This document shows positions 57,455-64,000 of a stretch of DNA of 64,000 bases, piece by piece. Source of the DNA: Eledone cirrhosa (Eukaryota). Numbering within the stretch: the stretch's first letter is position 1; the number at the start of each line of letters is the position of its first letter. A program made the position numbers and the translations under genes. The stretch is from the NCBI GenBank assembly GCA_964016885.1, contig OZ024741.1, forward strand, positions 307,582,001-307,646,000, written 5' to 3'. The notes under the pieces were generated by a model. It searched no databases and had not been told where the DNA came from. It saw only the letters and a list, made by a program, of their open reading frames with translations.

Positions 57455-57895
57455 AATTTCTGATTTGGGCACAAGGCCAACAATTATTTGGTAGGAAACA
57501 CAATTAAATCAACCCCAGTGCATTACTAGTGTTTTATTTTATCGACCTCCTAAAGATGAAAGGCAAAGCTGACCTCGGTGGGATTTGAACTCAGAAAGTA
57601 AAGGGCCGTAACCCTATGCCACAAAGCATGTTGTCCAACGCTCTACCGATATTGCCAATCCATTACCATTAGATTAGAATAATTATTTCTACTATAGGCA
57701 GAAGCCAGCAATTTTAGTGAAGGGGCATCGATTTAATCGAACCAGTGCATTACTAGTACTCTATTGTATCGACGCTGTAAGGATGAAAGGCAAAGCTGAC
57801 CTTGGCGGAATTTGAAATCAGACCGTAAAGGGCCGTAACTCTATGCTACCAAGCATGGTGTCCGACGCTCTACTGATACTATCAATCTACCGCCC
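57455..57895 (-). mobile_element. Two tandem SINE family 1 copies (57455-57662, 57683-57893)
   Basis: Two cores GATGAAAGGCAAAGCTGACCT and two B-boxes. Confidence 0.8.
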
Positions 57896-57914
57896 TCAGA
57901 AAAGAATAAAAAAG

Positions 57915-58060
57915 CTTGCGATATCTTCTATTCCCATAGTAATATCTTTTGTTTGACGAAACATAACATAGAGAAGTATAGAACACTTGCGATATCTTCT
58001 ATTCCCATAGTAATATCTTTTGTTTGACGAAACATAACATAGAGAAGTATAGAACACTTG
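57915..58060. repeat. Exact 71-bp tandem duplication
   Basis: CTTGCGATATCTTCTATTCCC..AGTATAGAACA twice. Confidence 0.9.
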
Positions 58061-58376
58061 TGAGATTTTCTGTTTCGAAATATCTTTTTTTCTAAAAGAT
58101 ATAAAGAAAAAGAAACAATGTAGCTTTAAGCTTTAAGAATTGCTGCCATGACGTAAGAGTAAACTACCCCTCACAAGGAGAATATGTGGTGAGCTATCGG
58201 CCAATCAAATAAAATATTTCTGAAATATGAAGTATTCGACACCCAGTTATATCTATCCATTACGTCTCGCTAGGTGAAGTTTGTAGTGGTGACTACAATC
58301 GTGAAGCAAGAGAAATCTATCTTATGACCGACTTGGAGATACAGACCATAGGAATATTGCAACGAAAACACAGTGG

Positions 58377-58464
<88 letters not shown>

Positions 58465-58467
<3 letters not shown>

Positions 58468-58605
58468 GAGTCAGGACCCCGATCCAGAAATCGCCGTCGA
58501 AACGGCCTGAGCTCTGCCGTTGGGGTCTTGAACATTTTCCTATTACCCACTCTACTACCATAAGTATTGAGTACTCTGGTGCGTTATGGTCCACATGGTT
58601 CCTAA
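58465..58605 (+). mobile_element. Family H pLTR remnant with short inverted head
   Basis: TCCAGAAATCGCCGTCGAAACGGCCTGAGCTCTGCCGTTGGGG.. preceded by inverted AAAAGAGTCAGGACCCCGA. Confidence 0.75.
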
Positions 58606-58665
58606 CTCATGCTAGCGTGGAAGAACGGACGTAAAACGGTGATGATGATGATGATGATGACACAT

Positions 58666-58791
<126 letters not shown>

Positions 58792-58953
58792 ATATTGGTT
58801 TCCGCCTGTTTGTGGGGAAAACGGTCGATCCATCCGGAATTTCGAGATTAAAAACAAATAGCGACGTATCTTCCATGATCAGTCAATTCTCTGAAACGAT
58901 CGTAAAAGAATAAACAAATTAACTACCTATCGCTGACTTTTGTTTGAATTGTA

Positions 58954-59002
<49 letters not shown>

Positions 59003-59424
59003 TACATATATATATATATGTATGTGTACATACACAAGCATATGTGTGAGTATGAGCGTGTATGTGTGTGTCTAATTAAAGATTCATAAGACCACTATTC
59101 AACTTAGTACAGCCCGTCTAGGGCGTGTTAAACATGGCGGGGCCCATCTCTTTCCAGGTATGAAGATCACCGATAACCATCAGAATCAAAACGAAAGATT
59201 TAAAGAGAGAGAGAGGGGAGGTAGAGAAGTGGGAGGGGGGGGGGAGGGTAATAGAGAGAGGGGGGGGGGGAGATAAAGAGAGAGAATTGACCTCAGTAAT
59301 TGACTGATAGTTTTTTTTCTCGATCTTTATCGAAAGGATGGCAAATAAAGTTGACCTTGGTGGAGTTTCAACTCAACATCCAGAGACCTGAAACGACTCC
59401 CACACATCGCAACTAATTAAAAAC

Positions 59425-59479
<55 letters not shown>

Positions 59480-59544
59480 GTGTGTGTGTGTGTGTGCATA
59501 TATATATGTATATAATTCAAGGAGACAACAAGCAGAGATATATT

Positions 59545-59845
59545 CCATCCTTTATTTTTCCTTCTATCTTCTGATAAAGGACTAGTGTCACAAACGTAAA
59601 GACACGTTTCCTACTACATGAAACGTTAAACTAATATATTTCTTCATTGTACTGTGTTGTTTCAGTTTACCTTTTACACACATATATATATATATATACA
59701 AAATGTAAACAGAAGCCACAATCCCAACAACACAGTACAATGAAGATATACATTAGTTTAACGCTTGATGTAGTAGGAAAAGAGTATTTGCCTTTGGGAC
59801 AATAGTCCTTCATCAGAAGATAGATTGAGAAACAAAAGGTAAAAT
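59545..59845. mobile_element. Tail-to-tail pair of diverged pLTR remnants with degenerate HHRs
   Basis: Plus TCTT-CTGATAA-AGGACtagtGTC-acAAACGTA-AAGA. Minus TCTT-CTGATGA-AGGACtattGTCC-cAAAG. Shared tail. Confidence 0.6.
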
Positions 59846-59856
59846 AGTAAGATATG

Positions 59857-60232
59857 TTTCTTTATTAGCCACAGGGGCACAAAAGAAGGGGACAAATACA
59901 AGGGAGAAGTTTACATACAATAAAAACGTGTAAAATATTATCACAAATGCAATTTAAAAAATTAGTCGATTTTCCCCAATAGGGGGAGACAGTTCATATG
60001 GGTAACACATACCCCCGAAAAAATGTGCAACCCTCATCTCCAGGAGTACGAAGAGTTTGTACTCCTTTCCTCTCCTCCTCCTTTTCCTCAACATACAGGC
60101 TGATATAGAGAGAAGGCCCATTCACTCGGGTCATTCTCGCCACTTTCACCCACCTTTCATAAAACTTGCTGGGGTACAGCACCTCTCTCTCCATCCTGAT
60201 TTTTCTTCCAAAGTGGTATTTGAAAAAAAGAA
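59857..60232 (-). mobile_element. Third 5'-truncated Tx1-like 3' end
   Basis: Matches 1471-1848 and is flanked by AAGATA on both sides. Confidence 0.85.
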
Positions 60233-60389
60233 AGATAGAGATCGAGAATGTGTGTTTTCAGTCATTTTGGAAAACAAAAATGTAAAGCAAATACACGTAC
60301 ACACACACATGTATTTACAAACATACACACATGTACACACACACTCGCATACACACACATATATATATATATATATGTAAATGTGTATA

Positions 60390-60472
<83 letters not shown>

Positions 60473-60509
60473 GTAAAACAAAGAAGCCTTCAATACATCA
60501 AAAGTCTTT

Positions 60510-60555
60510 ATTAGCCAACAATGTTTCGTCCTATTAAGGACTCATCAGGGCAATT
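60510..60555 (-). ncRNA. Minimal type I hammerhead ribozyme (mirror copy)
   Basis: Reverse complement of 60629-60674. Confidence 0.85.
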
Positions 60556-60628
60556 AAAACAACAAGAAGTATTATCGGCCAATACAAGTTTTCGGCTTGT
60601 ATTGGCCGATAATACTTCTTGTTGTTTT

Positions 60629-60674
60629 AATTGCCCTGATGAGTCCTTAATAGGACGAAACATTGTTGGCTAAT
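60629..60674 (+). ncRNA. Minimal type I hammerhead ribozyme
   Basis: ATTGCC-CTGATGA-GTCC-ttaata-GGAC-GAAAC-ATT-GTT^GGCtAAT, overlapping AATAAA at 60672. Confidence 0.85.
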
Positions 60675-60817
60675 AAAGACTTTTGATGTATTGAAGGCTT
60701 CTTTGTTTTACTTTCATAATTCTTCGGCTCTGTTTAATTACATTGAGCTATACCTTTTACTGTCATTTCTATAATACGAAGAGGGTGTTTAACTCCAACA
60801 CGCTCCAGTATTTTAAT

Positions 60818-60895
<78 letters not shown>

Positions 60896-60902
60896 ACCTC
60901 AC

Positions 60903-60933
<31 letters not shown>

Positions 60934-61741
60934 GATGTAAAAAGTAAACAGAAATTACAAAGCAAACGAACACAGTACATTGAAGGAATATATTAGTTTA
61001 ACGCTTGAATTAACAGTAAAGGTGTAATATATATGGAAATACGTTTCATGATGTGTTCAATGTGTTGCTCTTTAAATGAAACTATCAAGTAGTTTTCATT
61101 CACTCATGGAACAGAAAAAATGGAACTTCTCTAATTTTCGCAATGGTTTCATTGAATGAATTTATTTAGTTTCACTGCTAAATATCGTACTTAAGAGAAG
61201 ATACACTTGAAGCTGAGTCTCTTTGCAATTAAAAATGAAACCGAATTCGAACTCAGGAATTAAGTATATATAGAGAAAACAAATATATTTTTTAAATTGT
61301 CGTTAATTATTCCAACTGGTATTATCATCCTTAAGACGTATAGCTAACGAGTGACCACATTACATGCGTAAACAGGTATATCGAGTTGTCTCCCTTACTT
61401 TTAACTTGGGCAAGATTGATAAAATAATTATCATACAAAATAGATTGATAGAAATAAGTATTGATGTCGATATGTACAACTAAAACTCTTGTATTAGGTG
61501 CTCCAACATGGCCGTAATCCACCAATTGAGACCAGCAGCAATATATAAATATAATATGTGAGTGTTGTATTAGTGTACGTTATATATTTATTTGTCTATT
61601 GATTACCTTGTTTATTTATTCATATGTCAATATGCAAACATACACACTGACACACACACACATATATACATATATATATATATACGTGTGTGTATTTGTG
61701 GGTCGACGTATATATATATATATATTTGTGTGAGTATACTG

Positions 61742-61820
<79 letters not shown>

Positions 61821-61821
61821 A

Positions 61822-61858
<37 letters not shown>

Positions 61859-61859
61859 A

Positions 61860-61905
<46 letters not shown>

Positions 61906-61993
61906 TAAAATATAGTCAATACAGTATATGTATGTATGTATGTATATATATATATATATACACACACACATATATATATACACACACACACAT

Positions 61994-62089
<96 letters not shown>

Positions 62090-62439
62090 TGTATTGACTA
62101 TATTCTACTGTTGTTTGCATATTTATGTATCATGATTTTGTCTTCGTCTTCTTTTTCCCCTCCACCGCCTTTCTTTTCTTTCCTTCCAATGTATCTCTTT
62201 CTTTCGGCCTGCTTAACTGTTTATCGATTAATCTATATATTTATGAATATAAATGCAGGCGTATATATCTATCTGTATGCCTTTGATGCTTGATTATTTA
62301 TATGTATCTATATATGTATATATGTGTGCATGTATGTATGTGTGTATGTATGTACATATATATGTGTATGTATGTATGTGTATATGTATTTATGTATGTA
62401 TGTATGCATGTACGTATGTATGTGTGTATGTATGTATGT

Positions 62440-62742
62440 GTTTGCGGTTAGGATATTTTGGATTACAATCGTAAGTTCGATTCCCAGCGGTGAGTTGTGT
62501 CCTTGAGCAAGACACTTTGTTTAACGTTGCTCCTGTCCACTCACCTGGGAAAAATGAGTTGTACCTCTATTTCGAATGGCCAGCCCTGTCACAGTCTGTG
62601 TCATGCTGAATCTTCCTGAGAACTACGTGAAGTGTAACCGTGTCTGTGGTATCCTCAGTCGCTTACACGTTAATTTCATGAGCAGGCCGTTCCGTTGATC
62701 GCATCAACTGGAACACTCATCGTCGTAATCGACGGAGCGTCT
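62440..62742 (+). mobile_element. tRNA-derived SINE, family 2
   Basis: B-box GTTCGATTCC and GTGTCCTTGAGCAAGACACT core. Diverged relatives near 17195-17330 (+), 18040-18290 (-) and 42270-42540 (-). Confidence 0.7.
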
Positions 62743-62814
62743 CATGTATGTATGTATGTATGTATGTATGTATGTATGTATGTATGTATGTATGTATGCG
62801 TGAATGTATGTATG

Positions 62815-63325
62815 TGCACCGCGATAGTTTCTACCAACAATGCTTGCGCTCCATCCTCAAGATCTCATGGGCGTCTCATACAACCGATACTGTTAAGCAT
62901 CAAGACCATCATCATGAAACATCGTCTCCGGTTGTCAGATTAGGTAGTACACCTAGAACACAGCACACTCTCAAAACAACGGTACGCAGAACTAATGCAA
63001 GGCAAAAGCCTGCAGTACAAGCCACAAAGGCTATCTAAAGACTGCCTGAAAGGTAACCTGAAGAAGGGTCAATACCAAAACCGAAACATGTGAAAATCTT
63101 GCAACAGACGGGGTCCAGTGGCGAAATCTGATTGCTACCAGTGATAAGGAATTTGAATATAAGCAGAGGGTCTATGCTGTAATAAAACGAGCAGAGAAAT
63201 ATATTTTGGGGAAGGTAGTTTGCTCGCAGAACAGGGTTCAAAAGAGACTCTTACCTGTGAGAAATACGGACGTGTATGTATGTCGAAACCTGGGCTACTA
63301 AGCCACAGTAGACGTGATACTCATG
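62815..63325 (+). mobile_element. RTE/BovB-like LINE 3' fragment, decayed
   Basis: FYQQCLRSILKISW, HRLRL, terminal CEKYGRVCMSKPGLLSHSR. Confidence 0.7.
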
Positions 63326-63791
63326 GAAACAACACCTTTGAGTATCCCATCCACCTTAGTTTTGTATCTGTACGAAAGTGTCACTCTTCATGTTGGCATA
63401 CACGGCCCCACAAAGCATGCCTTACAAATCAAACACAAGCAGACCGAAAACGTATCCGTACATTATGTAGTATGATATGTAAGTCACATTTTTGTTTGAT
63501 GGGGCATCTAAGGCGAGGTCAGCGACAACAACATCATAAACACGCTTTTGACAATGATAATTTTTTTTCCTTTTGTTCTAAGAAGTGACTGTATTCGGAT
63601 TCGAGTTGGCTTCCACTATATATGTATATATGCACGGATGAGTGTGGGGGTGTTTATGTGCAAATCTATTTATCGAGCTATTTACTAATTCACACACACA
63701 CTCACACCCACTAACAGACATATAAAAGACCATGAATTTTAGATTCAATAGTACTGGCAATTACAAAACACTAGTGTTATCACATCGTTTT

Positions 63792-64000
63792 GCAGTAAAA
63801 GCCGTCATGCATTTGTTTATTTGTATTCACGTTAGTATATATCTTAGACTATATCTTAAACTCTGATCTGTGAGAGATAGAGTATAGATAGTCTGACGAA
63901 ACCTCAAATCACTTGAGACAGAGCAGAGTTTAAGATATAGTCTAAGATATATGATAAAATGAATACACATGAAAAAAAAAAGCATGACGGCTTTTACTGC
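63792..64000. repeat. Imperfect inverted repeat running off the window edge
   Basis: 63792-63810 pairs with 63982-64000 and 63838-63865 pairs with 63924-63951. Confidence 0.75.

Larger units (their letters stand above)
60466..60820. mobile_element. Perfect fold-back (123-bp arms, 7-nt loop) of an HHR-bearing pLTR end
   Basis: 60466-60588 is the reverse complement of 60596-60718. A unique tail runs to 60820. (TA)n flanks. Confidence 0.9.

Overview
Repeat-saturated, AT-rich eukaryotic (metazoan) DNA with no recognisable host protein-coding exon. The microsatellite density and tRNA-type SINEs suggest an octopus or other cephalopod genome (inference). Almost all listed ORFs are translations of simple repeats. 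The real content is: a near full-length decayed Tx1/L1-type LINE plus four related pieces, mostly sitting in (GATA)n tracts; two decayed Penelope-like elements (PLEs; RT + GIY-YIG); RTE 3' ends; a Helitron fragment; two MITEs; many SINEs; and a 5-kb 39-bp satellite. The most notable signal is a dense set of short elements from several unrelated families that carry type I hammerhead ribozyme (HHR) motifs (nine copies with an intact CUGANGA...GAAA...NUH core, plus degenerate and half cores). They lie in or beside (TA)n tracts, mostly as fold-back inverted pairs and once as a ~422-bp retrozyme-like partial tandem. All coordinates and pairings were read by eye and may be off by a few bases.
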